Shown in pieces: positions 13,534-26,259 of a DNA stretch of 43,202 nt. Positions within the stretch are counted from its first letter, which is position 1; each line of letters opens with the position of its first letter. The DNA is from Halocafeteria seosinensis (Eukaryota): NCBI GenBank assembly GCA_001687465.1, contig LVLI01000118.1, forward strand, positions 124,001 through 167,202, given 5' to 3'. The position numbers and the translations under genes are program-made. The notes beneath the pieces were generated by a model. It saw only the letters and a program-made list of their open reading frames with translations. It had not been told where the DNA came from and ran no database searches.

Positions 13534-13717
13534 TAATACACCCGTTTGAACACAATACGCGACGATGTCGTCCACGACACCCATCTTGAAGTTTCCAGCG
13601 AACTACTACTTCTCAGTAACGTTGCAGACGGCATAAAGGGTACTATTCCAATGATTGGTAGTTTTTTAGTACTCAAGTCCGTCCATTTCCCGTGTCCCCT
13701 TGCAAATATTATGTAAA

Positions 13718-15576
13718 ATGCAGTTGAGCAAGCTATGGAAGTCTTTACGGCCCGTAACGAGCGTCACAAAATCGTCGGATGGTTTAGTGGAGTGTGCTCG
13801 TTTCGGGAGGATTAATCTCCAGGTGAACACGAGCGTGTGCCTTTTTCGACTGGGCGATACTGTCATTGATACTTGTGCTCCCAATCGATGGAATGATGGT
13901 GTGAAACAGTATTTGCAAAAAGCTGCCTCGGAGAATCAGGACTTACAACTTCGCCAGGTCCTGGTTACGCATCACCATGAAGGTACGCGGCGACGCGTTA
14001 CTGGCATACAGCGGTGTTAGAGATGAGTACTGATGGTTTCTGTGCAGACCACGGAGGGAATGGCAAAGCCATTCGAGATGAGCTTGGACTTCCAGTGTAT
14101 GCACCGGCACGCACGATTCCATACTTACAAGGTACCTAGATGAACTGGAAGACTGGACAATTACTAACTCCGCTATATTTTTGAACGAGTGTTTTGCGCA
14201 GAGCAATTTTATGTACATCCGTATCGGAAATTCATTTGGGGAACTCCACAGCCGTATACACCTATGGTGCTCCCAGAAGAAGGAATCAAAGCGACAGTTA
14301 TGGAAAATGGCGACGCGACTACTCTCTCTGTTGTGCCCGTGTATACTCCAGGCCATTCAGCAGACCACTACTGTTATTGGGTTCCAGGTAAGTGCCATTT
14401 GAGGCTACAAACTAACAGGAATATGCAGCTTAGTCTGACTAAGTGTTTGCGCGCAGAAAAGAAGTGGTTGTTCTCTGCAGACTTGTATGTCGCCTCCAAA
14501 CAGACCACCGCACGATACGACGAGGATATCGTAGAGCAAATGCAAAGCATAGACAGCATTATAAAAAATTTAGACGTACAGACTGTGTTTTGCGCACACA
14601 AAGGAATCGTGGAGGAAAATGCTTCTTCGCTATTACAAACCAAGTACGTTTTCCTGGTATAGCTACTTGTAGGAAGTACTAATCGGTGAACCTTGACCGT
14701 GACAATTGCAGGTACAATAACCTCCGGGATATGCAAAAAGAAGTGTCCCAGATTTACACAGATGACCCATCTCTTCAAACAAAGCCGGAAGATATAGCTA
14801 AGAGAGTGTTCGGCCATGAGGAGATTACCTGGCTTATCAGCCTGGGGCACTTCAGTAGAGTCCACTTGGTCAAACAACTGCTGGCGCCTTATGCTCCCTA
14901 CAAACAAGCTCAAAAGCATATTGGTTCAATATCCCCAGAACATGCGTTGAGATATTTGGAGAGTGGCTCTATTCGCGGACCGGGGGCCGAACCTGCCACT
15001 TTACTGTCGAATAGCTCGTGGTTGGAGAAACACCAGCTCCGAATAGATCATAATGCCACCGACAAAGATATGGCGACTACGCCTGGAATGGGAAATGACC
15101 GCCAAGATGATTCGACACGCTCGTCACATACACTTCGGAGGATGATGAGTTCCTCTCGAGTTCAAGCTACTGGGAGGCGAGCGAAAATGCTGACCGAGCT
15201 AAAGTCTCAGGGAGACGCAGCTCATTTTACTGTTCGGGATGCTGAACAGACAGTCCGTTCTGCTCATGCACAGCACGCTGTTTTCCCTCAAGAGCAACGC
15301 CAGCCAACCTGGGTTGCTAAACACTTTGGCGAGTCTAGTTCCCAGCAACGAGTCTTGATGCCGGATCTTAGTAGACAGACCCCAGTGGAGGCACTGATAT
15401 CTATGCGCAATCTCAAGCAGCATCAAAATCACATGAGGGAAGAAGCACTACAAGTTGCTCGCTCTGCTGCCGATGAAGGGGAATACGTCGCTGCCATTAG
15501 CCCCTCAAACGAGAACCAGAAGAAGCTTATAGAAGAGGGCAAGAAAACCAATTCCGGAGGAACCAGACGGACATAA
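13718..15576 (+). CDS. Metallo-beta-lactamase-fold hydrolase, multi-exon, with a C-terminal extension
   Basis: Motifs VIDT, VTHHHE|DH (split by an intron), TPGHSADH, LFSADLY and CAHKG. Several short GT-AG introns; exact boundaries are approximate. Confidence 0.85.
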
Positions 15577-15666
15577 GAGTCTTTTTCAGGAATCATGTTG
15601 TGTTTTGATGAGAGGAGAGATATTGGCATTATAATCCCAAAGCAGATTGTGTATGAGCGCGGTAAT

Positions 15667-17345
15667 TTACGTGCTCTCCTTGGTCTCCGCCTGTTCATCG
15701 CGAAACGCCTGTACTACTTTTCGTACCCTGGCATCTTTGAACTCAGAGGGGCAAAAATCCGCTGCATCGGCAGCAAATGCTTTTATGTCTTCGATGCGCT
15801 TTAGTTCGTCTCCGAGAGACTTCGCGAATTTCTTCACCTGCAAGAAACGGTTAAGCACTTCCATCGGCATTGGGTAGAACCTTAAATATGTGAACTTACA
15901 CTTTCTGGATCCTGATCGAAATAAATTTCGTCCAATGCTGTCTTCAGCGCAGACATAGCTTCCTCCTTTTGTTTACGAATTTGTTCACGAAGATCAAGCA
16001 GACTTTTGTAAATGGTCCTGCCGTCCGCTTGCTCCGGGTCCGACGGGAATAAAGAAGGTGCGTGCGCTAGGAGGAATCTCATATCGCGCAGCGACGGGAC
16101 ATGTTCCAAAACCGATTTAACAATGTCTGCGTAACAAACCAGGAATTTTAGGCCTTATATAGAAACAGCGTGAGAATGTGAACATACGCTCTGCTTCCGG
16201 GGGATCTATCTTCCCATAGTATATAGCTCGCACTTTCAGCTCTATCTCAGCCGACAATTGCTTCCTCCTGTTGGATTCGTCCAATTGCTCGAACCTCGTT
16301 CGCACGTAGTCGGCCGTTGCATCTTCGACTTTTTCCGGAAACAATCTCTCCTGTATAGCTCACAGAACAACATACAAAGAAGTAGGTTGTGTTTCGTGGG
16401 AAAGTCTGCCGATCGAAGTCAGAGATGCTTACTGCGTTGCGGAGCACCGTCTTGAGTTCATCTGAGTCTTTGAAGACATGGCACACATTTTTCGTGAGCT
16501 TCGCGATAGTATTCTGGCCCTGTGGTGTGTCGCCGGTCTCTGCACGCAAAGAGGAGCGTTTTAAAGTGCGCCGATTTAAGTTTAATATGGAATCCTGACT
16601 TACCGTAATAGACCTGCATATCCAGGGATGTGAAAAGAAGCTGACTATATAATTGGGGATACATCTATCTAATGGAGAAGAGACGTACCTCTGTCAATAG
16701 TTTATGCTTGAGTTCACCTTTTAGCGCTCTTCTCGCTCGTTTCTGCTCCAGGAACTCCACAGCCCCTCGTCCACCTTTCTCAGCGAACGCACTCTGTAGA
16801 CGTCCCTTCAAGGCGCTTCCGCTGAGATCCAGAAAAGTTAACTTGGGAAGTGTGCTTATTTCTACTGGCAATTCCTCTACCGAGGTGTGGCGCAGATCGA
16901 TCATGCGCAGCGCCTTGCACTTTCCGATGGAACTGGATATGGTCTTCAGTGGGTTATCGTTAAGCCAGAGCTCCTTCAAACTGCACGTTGACATCATCCA
17001 ATAAGACTTCTTCTTTACGTTATTAGCATAATTTCGATCCGTCAGAACAAATACATACTGGCGAAGCTTCCCAATATCGCTCGGTATTTCTTGCAGCTCG
17101 TTCATGGACAAATCTAAACGCTCCAGTTGCTCCAATTCAAATACCTGCAAATTGCATTGCAATCAAACCAAGCCAGTTCTTCAGGACTCGTAGCTCCTGG
17201 AGGTCGAATTGAGGAGAAAGCATACCTGCTGAGGAATTTCTGAAACATGGTACCCGGAGAAATGGAGCTTCTTGGTCTTTTGCGCCTGCTTCAATAAACG
17301 ATTTAACGTGGGGTCGAGCGTCCGCGAGACGGACTGAGATTGCAT
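15667..17345 (-). CDS. Leucine-rich repeat protein, multi-exon
   Basis: LRRs LERLDLSMNELQEIPSDIGKL, LKELWLNDNPLKTIS, LRMIDLRHTSVEELP and LTFLDLSG. A chain of short minus-strand exons runs down to the stop at 15667. Confidence 0.8.
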
Positions 17346-17652
17346 TGTATGATGCTGTAATTCAATATGACAAACGGATCCCAAATATACGTTACCAATG
17401 ATACTGTGACATTGACTCATTCCCGCAGAGCGTACTGTTATATACCACTGGAATACCAGAATTGTATGATTCCTGTGAAGCAGGCTGAACTCTGGGAATC
17501 CCCAGCCTGGGGTAAATTACCAGTCTGCTCGAATTGGTGGTAACGAGTCAGTCGTCGAGCGATTCGAGCCCTCAACAGATTTACCCCATACGTATATGAT
17601 ACATGTGTGTTCATCCTTTTTAGTGTATATTGATATGTAGCAAAACAACGGC

Positions 17653-19934
17653 TCAGATCTGAAATTCCGTATCTACAAATCCAAAGGGATCATCACTCTT
17701 GGCTTTTGTAGAGCTCTGAGTTGTTCCGTTAGGAGCTGCCGAGCCTTTAGACTGTTTTTCTGGTGATGATTTGTAGACTGGTTGTTGCATATTATCAAGC
17801 AACCCGTCTTCGTCAGCTCCCATCCAGTTCCCTTGACCACCAGCGTTTGAGCCAGCGGCAAAAGAAAAGCCGCTCGTTGCAGGCTGCACCATGGGAGCTG
17901 CATTGTTATGGGGATCCGCAGTAGAGGGAGACTGTGTAAACGAAAACCCCGAATGGGGCTGATTCTGTTCCATTGGGGCATTATTGCTGGCAAACGAAAA
18001 ACCTGAGGGCTGCTCTTGATCTCCGCCAGTGCTAGCGAATGAGAACCCCGACTCCTGCTGATTTGGAGGCTTATTATCCGGCACATGCAGACCCATGCCA
18101 CTAAATAAATCATCTTCACCCTTAGTATCCATACCACCGAATAGATCATTCACACCACCTTGTTCGTTGGAAGAAGAGTCTAAGGGACCACTACCGGCAC
18201 TGGCGGCCCACGGAAATGAACCCTCTTGCGGCTGTCCTGACGAGCCTCCGACATTTAAGCCACCAAACATATCCCCTAGTTCCTCTCCACCACCACCAAC
18301 ATCAGCAGAGTTATTCACTGGCGCGGCAGTATTGTCAAAAAGCTCTCCTAAGTCATCATCTGTGTTCGACTGTCCACCTGCTTGGGGAGCTCCGGTCTGA
18401 CCCAATCCAGATACACCTTCAACATCCAACAAATCCTTCCCACTAGCAGGAACATCTGGGTTCCCCGAGGCGTTACCTTCCATGTGCCCTTCATAATTTA
18501 CTCCTAAGGCATTCAACGTATTCCGCGCTTGTTTTCGGATACTCGGTTTCTCTGCTTCGTCGTATAAAGCCAAAATTTCGTCGCAGTGATCGGCAAAGTG
18601 TTGCTTATGCTTAATGCAGGAGGGATCTTTTGCCATAGCTTCAATTACCGCCAGCGCCTTTTGGACAATATGAGGTGATTCAGACTGGAGTCGCTCATCA
18701 AAAGCCGTCAATAAAGTCTCTGTAGATAGGGACTTAACAGCAGCGAGGAACGATCTGAGCTTGTTAGGGTCCGGTACAGGGCGGACACCTGCAGCAGCAG
18801 TGATATCGTTTACCAGTCGTCGCTCGTACTCTCCATCATCTTGAGCTTTTCCAGCATCGCCAGAGAATCTACCCGTGTTCACAGAACCATATCCTGATGC
18901 TTGATACTGACCAGAGTTGACTACTTTGGCATGAGCGCTACCCCAAACTCCCCCAACCGCGCCCCTGCTTCTCTGAGAGGAACCGCCTTGCCACTGGTTA
19001 GAATCACCAGGCTCACCGTACGTTCTAGGTCGTACGGCATTGGGGCCTCTATTACTGGCAAAATTATACCCCGGAACACCCGTACTCTCAGGTAGGGATG
19101 GGCCCTTCTTCTCCGTAGAGAATGCTGAACGCATTTTACTCATGAACTCTCTTGACTTCGACTCATATTTCTTAGGATCATAGTTTCCTATCCCCTGCAT
19201 CGTACCTGTACTTACTACAGGCTGATTGAGTTGATCATTGTGGTCGTAACTAGAAGAAAAATGTCGCTGATTCGAACTCCCGCTTCCCTGAGGACTGCCT
19301 GTTGCAGAGAATCCTGTACTCGAGCTATTGCTCCCCATGCCAGCAATGCGTTCCCCACTCAATGAATGCTGATACGCCTGACTATTGTCGAATATTGCTT
19401 GAACTGCCTCGCTGGCAGCATCACGAACGCGTTTATTCAATGCGTCGCCTCGCAACGGATCCACCTGCCCTCGAAACTCTGTAAACATAAATCAATTACA
19501 CATCAGGTGAAGACATATGCGTCTTTTCTTTTCTCTTCTTTTCATTTACGTACGTGTTCGCTCCTTAATCACGGCAGTATCTCTCTGTAATAGCCTCTTA
19601 AACTCGGGACGCGCAAGCTTAGCTACATGCTGCAACAAGAAATGACATGTGAAATTCGAGTCGCCAGAATGGGACCAAGGGAAGGTCTCTGGAACCATGG
19701 TCTTCAGGATTTAGCACAGTGACTGTTTCTCCCACATACCTTGATAGTCATTAGCGTCCTATACTGTACGTTCGCCTTCTTTTCATTGCTCTTCAAGGTA
19801 TCAACCAGGTATTTCGCCAGCTTATCGCAGACAGTCACGTCATTATGCGTCATTTTGGCGATGTCATTGTACAAATATCCAGGCGGAGGATTTTCATCAT
19901 CCTTGACTGCCTCTCGTAGAACGCTTTTGTTCAT
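17653..19934 (-). CDS. TEPSIN: Tepsin (AP-4 accessory ENTH/VHS protein), multi-exon
   Basis: N-terminal AVKDDENPPPGYLYNDIAKMTH and FRGQVDPLRGDALNKRVRDAASEAVQAIF. A second VHS-like domain EYERRLVNDITAAAGVRPVP. Disordered tail with DLFGGM and SGFSF motifs. Confidence 0.85.
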
Positions 19935-20869
19935 TTTTCTCCACTCTCAACTGTGTATATAGGCTATCCAAGATGAGGCATGCACCTCAAGCAGGCAAAA
20001 GCAGGGCGGGACAGAAATGTACCACGCTCTCAGAGAACAAAAAAGGTCCGGTAAGCGAGGAGTGCGGCACAGGAAGGATCTGCGTCGAACACGCTGGAAA
20101 CGTACGAAAGCCGCCAATCAAAACTAAGCGAGAAGGACAGCACCGGATCTTCAACACACACCTATTCTTGTATTGTCCCTCCAGACACACCATTATGCGG
20201 GCGCTTTGACCGGTTAAACAGAGAGTACAATCTTTTTGCGCACTTTCAAGGCAGCCAACTTCAACGTCGGTCCTGGAGAAGAGTCTGGCGTATTCATTCA
20301 TTCCCAAGGGAGCATTAAGTCAGTGTACATGTCCACATATACCCTACCATACTGCATTGTGCTCATTCCTTAAGGAGTATGAAGTTGGTGTACTTGCACC
20401 GTGCGAGATGCGAAGCCATCTCAGTCGAATGCTTGAACAAGTAGGGCGGTTGTATAAACAAAATTTAACAGCCTGTGCAACATTACCTTTTCACTACCAT
20501 CACCAGGTGTGCGTAGGGAGGTGCAGCTTACGTTTATCGCCCTTCTCTCTCCAGTTTGTGTTCGCGCGCGCCCCCACTAGCCGCCAACTACGTTGGTGTA
20601 CGAGGGAAACCTCCGGTTACACCTTTGGCCGACAACTGTTCTAAGATACTGGCGCGATCAACAGCCGAACTACTGTGTGGTGTATTGTTTTGGCTTGGGA
20701 GACGTCTTGACTTCCTCATTCTTGCCAAACACTTTGGCCTTCGTTGGCGTCCGAAGCTACGCAACGCAATTCTGCCGCGTCCTGCTTTACTGTTAGCTTT
20801 GGGAATGAGTAAGAAAAACTTATGCGTCCTTGTATCAAAGTTGCATCAGGAATCAGGAATGGCGCAAAC

Positions 20870-21200
20870 TCAACTGCGTTGACTACCGAGCTCTTGGAAG
20901 AAGCGCAAAGTGTTAAAGGTTGACTCCATCGGAGTCCGGAGGTCTTACCCCAAAAGACTCCCACACTTAATGGTCATACCCGCTGCGTCACTACATGTAG
21001 TGACGACCACTCAACTGCGTTGGCCTCTCAACAAGCATGAAGATCTCCAGACTTCAGTACCCTCCGCTCAACTACCCGACGCGGTTTCTTCCCACAGCGT
21101 GTGAGTCCGGAAGTCCTGGCCCAAGACGCTCTCAGACTTAATAGTCATACCGCTGCATCAGCAATGACAAGCGCCCAACTGCGTTGGCCTCTCAATAAAA
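20870..21200. repeat. Diverged tandem repeat, period about 170 bp
   Basis: caactgcgttggcctctcaa occurs at about 21012 and 21176, with a partial copy at 20871. acttaat(g/a)gtcatacc(c)gctgc(g/a)tca occurs at about 20965 and 21136. Confidence 0.6.
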
Positions 21201-21899
21201 TCCAACGGAGTCCATACTCCAGAGTTCGCTACCTTTCCCACAACTAGACAGTGTCTGGGCGGAGCTAGTCTATTATCCACAGCACATATCGGCCTTCGTT
21301 CGCTACGCAACGCACTTTCGCCACCTCAAAGCCATCGACTCTTCTGTACCTTTTTTCACGCTTAATAGTCAGTCGTACAGCTACATCGGCAACGCTAATT
21401 TGATCGGGGATGGAGGTTGGTTAACTTCCGTGCATCCCGTCCCTTCCCTGCCCTCTTTACGTCTCAATCCCACGATCCCAATACTTCCCAAAGCACAATA
21501 GATGCCTTACAGTGACCCTCCTTCCTCTCTTTGTCTCTCTCTCCGGACCCGTGTCTTCCATGCTATCTTCCATGCAGCCACCCTGAGCGAGGCAGGTGGA
21601 TCCTCTCGGTAGCAAGTATCTCGTAGTCCCCACATACCATCTTTTTATCTTGGAAAGCTTTATAGGTTAAGCCGCATCAGATCTATACCACCAATGAAAT
21701 ATATATGGTGGGTAGAGGGGGGAAAGTGTGGGTCGTAATACGTTAAGACCTAGAGGTCCTCTTTTAGAGTCCCCTAGGGATTTTTTCACAAGGCCGCGGA
21801 CAGGGGCCGTCTATGGCTCCTACGACTCCATTTAGGGAGGTACGTCGATAGTTCTCGGTAATTTACTTTGTCCAATGCCCTCCCTTCGGGAAAGCAGAT

Positions 21900-22460
21900 G
21901 AAGTAACCCCGAACTTCAGGCTATACCATATGACATCTAGCACAACTCTTGTTCAGTTGCACACCGTGTCAGGTGAGCCGTTAAAGTCTTCAGCGAGCTC
22001 CCGCATGGATGAAGCTGCAAAGGAGCGGTTGTCGTTATGTACTTCGCAACGCTCCACTAACCTAACGACCACTTACATTTTCGGCAGTAACGGATAAGAA
22101 CGGCAAACTTCGTCCGCCCCTGAAGCTCATGTTGGGATATGTCTCCCGACACATTGCTCAATTTTCGGGACGACAATGCTCGCCAGTATGTCGAATTGTC
22201 TTCGGACTAGATCAAAGTTCTCGACAAATCGCCACGCTTCCATTCCGTGGAAGTTCCACTAAAACCATTCGTTGTCCGCCCGCAAGCTTTTTCCAGCTGG
22301 CCTTCCACTGTGGGTGGCAGTACTGACGAGTGCTATCGCTGCACCGATAGCGGCATGTCCAACTTCTTTGTCGCCGCTATCGCCGCTTACAGTCTCTGTG
22401 TTGCGGCTGTCGTTCTCGCTTAACTGATCGGAGCTGCTGAGGCTGATGCGACCATCCATT
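21900..22460 (-). pseudogene. Decayed N-terminal part of a PIF/Harbinger-type transposase
   Basis: Minus-strand translation with stops and a frameshift reads EWF*WNFHGMEAWRFVENFDLVRRQFDILASIVVPKI...KFAVLIRYCRK, then an intron, then ASSMRELAEDFNGSPDTVCN*TRVVLDVI. This matches the F-x-E-N-F..F..L / LAV.LRY / S.RELA..FG.S..TV HTH pattern of Harbinger nucleases. Confidence 0.55.
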
Positions 22461-22951
22461 ATTGAGCACAGTGACATTCAAAATCATGTAAATCAATTGT
22501 CGCTATTGTATGTACTATTGGATATACATGTATGTGGTATAATTTGTACATCAGATGGTTGTATACACCCTGCAATGGTGGTTGGTAAGTCAAACGCTCG
22601 TCAGATTATGCGTTCGACTGTTTGAATTCAAGCTGCCACCTCAAGCTTACCTCGGTTCCGCAGGAAAGCTTCGGACACGTCCCCGAGGTGATATCTTCTT
22701 TGTGTGTATGAGCCAAGTAACAGCAGTGCACTGTGCCCAACACCGAGGCCGGGAATTGGCCCAAACATGGCGCCCTCTGCGTGGCCGGCGGTGGGTAGCC
22801 TCGCCCAACGCCAGCCTAACCGGACGACTCGGACTACATAGGCTCTGCCTTTGAGAGTAGTGTAACGGATGAACTTGTATGACACTGGCAGTGCGGATCA
22901 ACGTATAGACTAACGGCAATGTGGTGTTAGCGGGACTCGCGCTGTATTCCG

Positions 22952-23866
22952 ATGAATTTCCACCAGTTGCAATTTTCGCTCCTCGTGACTATTTCCTTTG
23001 TGATAGTGGTTTGTGTACTCAGGGTTCAGAACGGATCGTCAGAGGAGCGTGTGCAGCCCACTGATACAGTACCCCAAAGATCCCCAGTCGAATGGGGCGT
23101 TCGAAGTGAACCATTGTTTGACCGTTCGTATTTCGTCTTGCTGTCTTCGATCGAGTACCTTCCAGGTGTTTATGCACTCCTCTGTCGACTGGACTCCTTT
23201 GGAAATGATATTCCTGTGATGCTTGTGGTAGACGATTCAGTCGACTCAGGCACACGTAGCACAATAGTGACAATTATGGAGAAGCTTACGTTGCATGTGT
23301 ATGTAACCTACCAACCTACGGTTCTACGACGTGAGTCTCCGGAGTGGCGTGAGAAGCGGAAAGCTACATACACAAAATTACGGGTGTGGGAAATGGATTG
23401 GTTCGCGGAGAAGGGTGTGTACATCGATGCAGATGCTGTACCCTGGCGAGACCCTGTACTTCTTTTCGACTACCTTTCGTCAGAGTCCACTTTCTGTGTA
23501 TGTGGAAACTCCCAATATTTTAACTCGGGCTTGTTCGCGTTTTACCCGAATAAGGACCGGTTTCAGGAGATCACGAGCACCTTGTATTCTGGGGCATTTA
23601 GGAAAAACATGAAGGATGGGCCCACCGAACAGGATGTTCTTATTCAAGTATTTGGACCTCGTAAGACGACGACGTTCTTACCCGGAGTATACAATTTCAG
23701 GAAGGTTAGAGTAAGACATATCCCTGCAAATGCCGTGGTAGTACATTTTATCGGTAGCCCGAAGCCATGGAGTACCACATTGAGTAGGGAAAAAGTATCG
23801 TTGCCTGCTTTCACACACTTTAGAAAGTGGCTGCAACTGGCACAAGCCTGGAAATGCCGCTCGTAA
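22952..23866 (+). CDS. Glycosyltransferase family 8 (glycogenin-like) with an N-terminal signal anchor, intronless
   Basis: Motifs YLPGVYAL, TYTKLRVW, YIDADA (DxD), YFNSGLF, EQDVL, YN and VVHFIGSPKPW. Hydrophobic N-terminus. Confidence 0.9.
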   Translation: MNFHQLQFSLLVTISFVIVVCVLRVQNGSSEERVQPTDTVPQRSPVEWGVRSEPLFDRSYFVLLSSIEYLPGVYALLCRLDSFGNDIPVMLVVDDSVDSGTRSTIVTIMEKLTLHVYVTYQPTVLRRESPEWREKRKATYTKLRVWEMDWFAEKGVYIDADAVPWRDPVLLFDYLSSESTFCVCGNSQYFNSGLFAFYPNKDRFQEITSTLYSGAFRKNMKDGPTEQDVLIQVFGPRKTTTFLPGVYNFRKVRVRHIPANAVVVHFIGSPKPWSTTLSREKVSLPAFTHFRKWLQLAQAWKCRS

Positions 23867-24086
23867 AGTGCATGGATATCCAGGTGTTATGAATAGGACA
23901 CTGGATATCAACGGAGGGAGGTGTTTGTTTTCCGGACGGTCCAGACGGTCCTGTCGGAGGCACACTGGGGGGCACAGTGCCCGGGCACTGTCCCACCTCC
24001 CACCGGGGACCCACCCACTCCCATCCCACGGGCTTAGCGCCCGGATCTCCGGGCTTGGAGCCCGGTCAACAAACAACCACCTAGAC

Positions 24087-25700
24087 TAGGGTGGTTGGAA
24101 CACGTTCCCGGTGTGCTCTCCGTTCCCGGGAACTGTTTCAAAAAAAAAGCTTGAAAAATATACGTGTGAGTGTGGATGGTTTGCACGAGTAAAATAATGG
24201 AGATACTCAAATTTCGCGTTTTTTTGACAATCGTCTTCATCATTATTTTCGTCAGACTTCGTATCTGAATCAGAAGACTTGTGTGTTCGTTGTTTCGTTT
24301 CAAACACGGCTTGTAGCTGTGTGTTAGGACTGGAAGACCGAAGAGCTACTCTGGCTGATTGTCAAATCGAGTTGATTCGCATGGGATACGATCTTGCTGA
24401 GGTAACCGAGACGGACAATGGAGTCGACTCTGAAGAAACGAAGGCTTTCAAGCAGCATGTTACGACGTCATTCAACTTGAGATACAGCGAGTATAGTGAT
24501 CAGCTTTACACAGCTGCGCTGTCACTACATCCTCAGTGCTCGACATTGGCCTTTTCAGGTGTGCATACTGCCGAGTCTATTGGCGCAACACTCCTCGAAT
24601 TTGCAGAGCAGCTTAACCTGGTCATCAATCCAGCTCAGGGGGTAAAATTCTTCGCCGAATACGAGAGATTCCTTGACGTCGAAGCTCCATATGACAAACG
24701 GATTGACAAGACAATCGAGCCGGCAAAATGGTGGAGCAAAGTTGACAGTTCGTACGACAAACTGAAGGAAGTCGCTCTACGACTCTTCAGTATTTCTCCA
24801 GGCTCTGCGGATGTCGAGAGACTCTTCTCCAATCTGTCAGCTGCAAACACGAGCAGGAGCAACCTAAGTGTCAATAGTCTGGCGAAAACGGCTAACATGA
24901 AAACATACTTCCAGTCGGATACACGTCAGCGTACTGTTGAAAATGAACCACGCAGAAAGCCCTTATGGCTCCGCGAGCACCGCCGGGATAGAAACCTCGG
25001 TCTGCAAATCGCTGTCATCGATGTGCTCAGCCTGCGAGAAGATGACAAAGATGACTGGGATACAATTGGAGCAGCTGAGGCTGCAGACTTGAGTGATTTC
25101 GAGGGCTTCGAAGATACCTCCGGTAAAGAGGATGAGACAAAGCTCTCTGAGGAAGATGTAGACCTGGTGGACGACTTTGAGCTAGACGTGGAAGAGTTCT
25201 TCGACGGCATTGAAGATTTGCTCGAAGAAGCTAGTGAATGCCAAGCGTCGAATCTAGATGGAATCAAGGTTCTCAATGACTTCATTGTTGGCGATAATGA
25301 GCTTCATCGCTCCATGTAGTTCTTGGCTCCACGACCGGCGGTCGAACGAAAGAGGAGGGAACCGAAATGTTCGCCCCAACCTGACGCAAATTAGAGGGGG
25401 AAGATCAATGCGAAAGAGCTCGCAAAACAGTATCTTTCCCAAAGGAACGTTGCATAGCTCTGCGAGAATACACATGTGGAATGTAAAGTAATAAGGTTTG
25501 CAGGTATTCGTTCCCGGGAACGTCGAGTGGGATCCGGGCACGGGAACGGGAAAGTCGGGAAAATCGTCTGTTCCAGCCAGCGGCTTGTAAGAACCCTGGC
25601 TAGCTTTGACCCCTCCCCCCAAGCCAACCAACTGCCGTTCCTGTTCCGGACAAACCCCGGTCCGGGGGCGGGGAATGGAACCCGCCGACGCAATGGACCA
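24087..25700 (+). mobile_element. Internally deleted hAT-superfamily DNA transposon; right end uncertain
   Basis: Begins TAGGGTGGTTGG. gttcccgg(gaac) subterminal motifs occur at about 24104-24133 and 25509-25660 and flank a hAT dimerisation-domain ORF. Confidence 0.55.
24279..25319 (+). pseudogene. 5'-truncated hAT transposase (C-terminal dimerisation domain plus acidic tail)
   Basis: Motifs AALSLHP and PAKWW....YDKLKEVALRLFSISPGSADVERLFS. The N-terminal DDE residues and BED finger are absent. Confidence 0.85.
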
Positions 25701-25723
25701 GTTGTACTTTTGTAGTTCACTCA

Positions 25724-26080
25724 GGTGGTCGCCTACCGGCGATTCAATTTGGGGTTTCAAGCGACCTTCAATTGGCGACTAAAATGGAGTATTTAGGCGA
25801 CCACCCCTACCAATGACACCTTATGACACTTTTTCTGTCATGTATGACAGATTTAAAATCGTACTTTCAAAAGTGTCATAACCCTTACACCACTATACCA
25901 CCAAATCCAGTAATATAAGGCTTTGTTGAAAATCGTATGACACTTATGACAGAAATGACAGAAAATTTTGGGGGTTGGTTGATAATGAAAAATAAAAAAT
26001 AAAAATTAAGAAAAATAATTATTAATATCAACTGACCCCTGAAAATTTCTGTCATTTCTGTCATAAGTGTCATACGATTT
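25724..26080. repeat. GTCGCC block plus ATGACA/TGTCAT iteron array with a perfect 35-bp inverted repeat
   Basis: 12-bp IR at 25724-25735/25794-25805. About 11 ATGACA/TGTCAT hexamers. 35-bp perfect IR at 25930-25964/26046-26080 around an 81-bp AT-rich spacer. Related to the block at 41978-42464. Confidence 0.9.
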
Positions 26081-26259
26081 CCCGATGAAACCAACAGGTT
26101 GAAGAGGGTCCTACCAGGAATTCGTGTGCTGCAAACACAATTCTCGTCCATATCTCACGCTCATATTACACCCCGAATAGCTAAGCGCACTATCAATCTA
26201 GTACTTACACGACACTGAATGTATTGTCAGTGGACATTATGTTATGGGCATCCGAATAC

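Noticed and set aside
3792..19590. Numerous antisense and nested ORFs within host genes
   Set aside because: They are shadows of well-supported coding exons on the other strand or frame.
19973..21104. Cluster of short ORFs upstream of tepsin
   Set aside because: No recognisable domains or consistent exon chain, and they overlap a diverged tandem repeat.
25885..26151. ORF containing MTLMTEMTE
   Set aside because: This is a translation artefact of the 9-bp ATGACA iterons.
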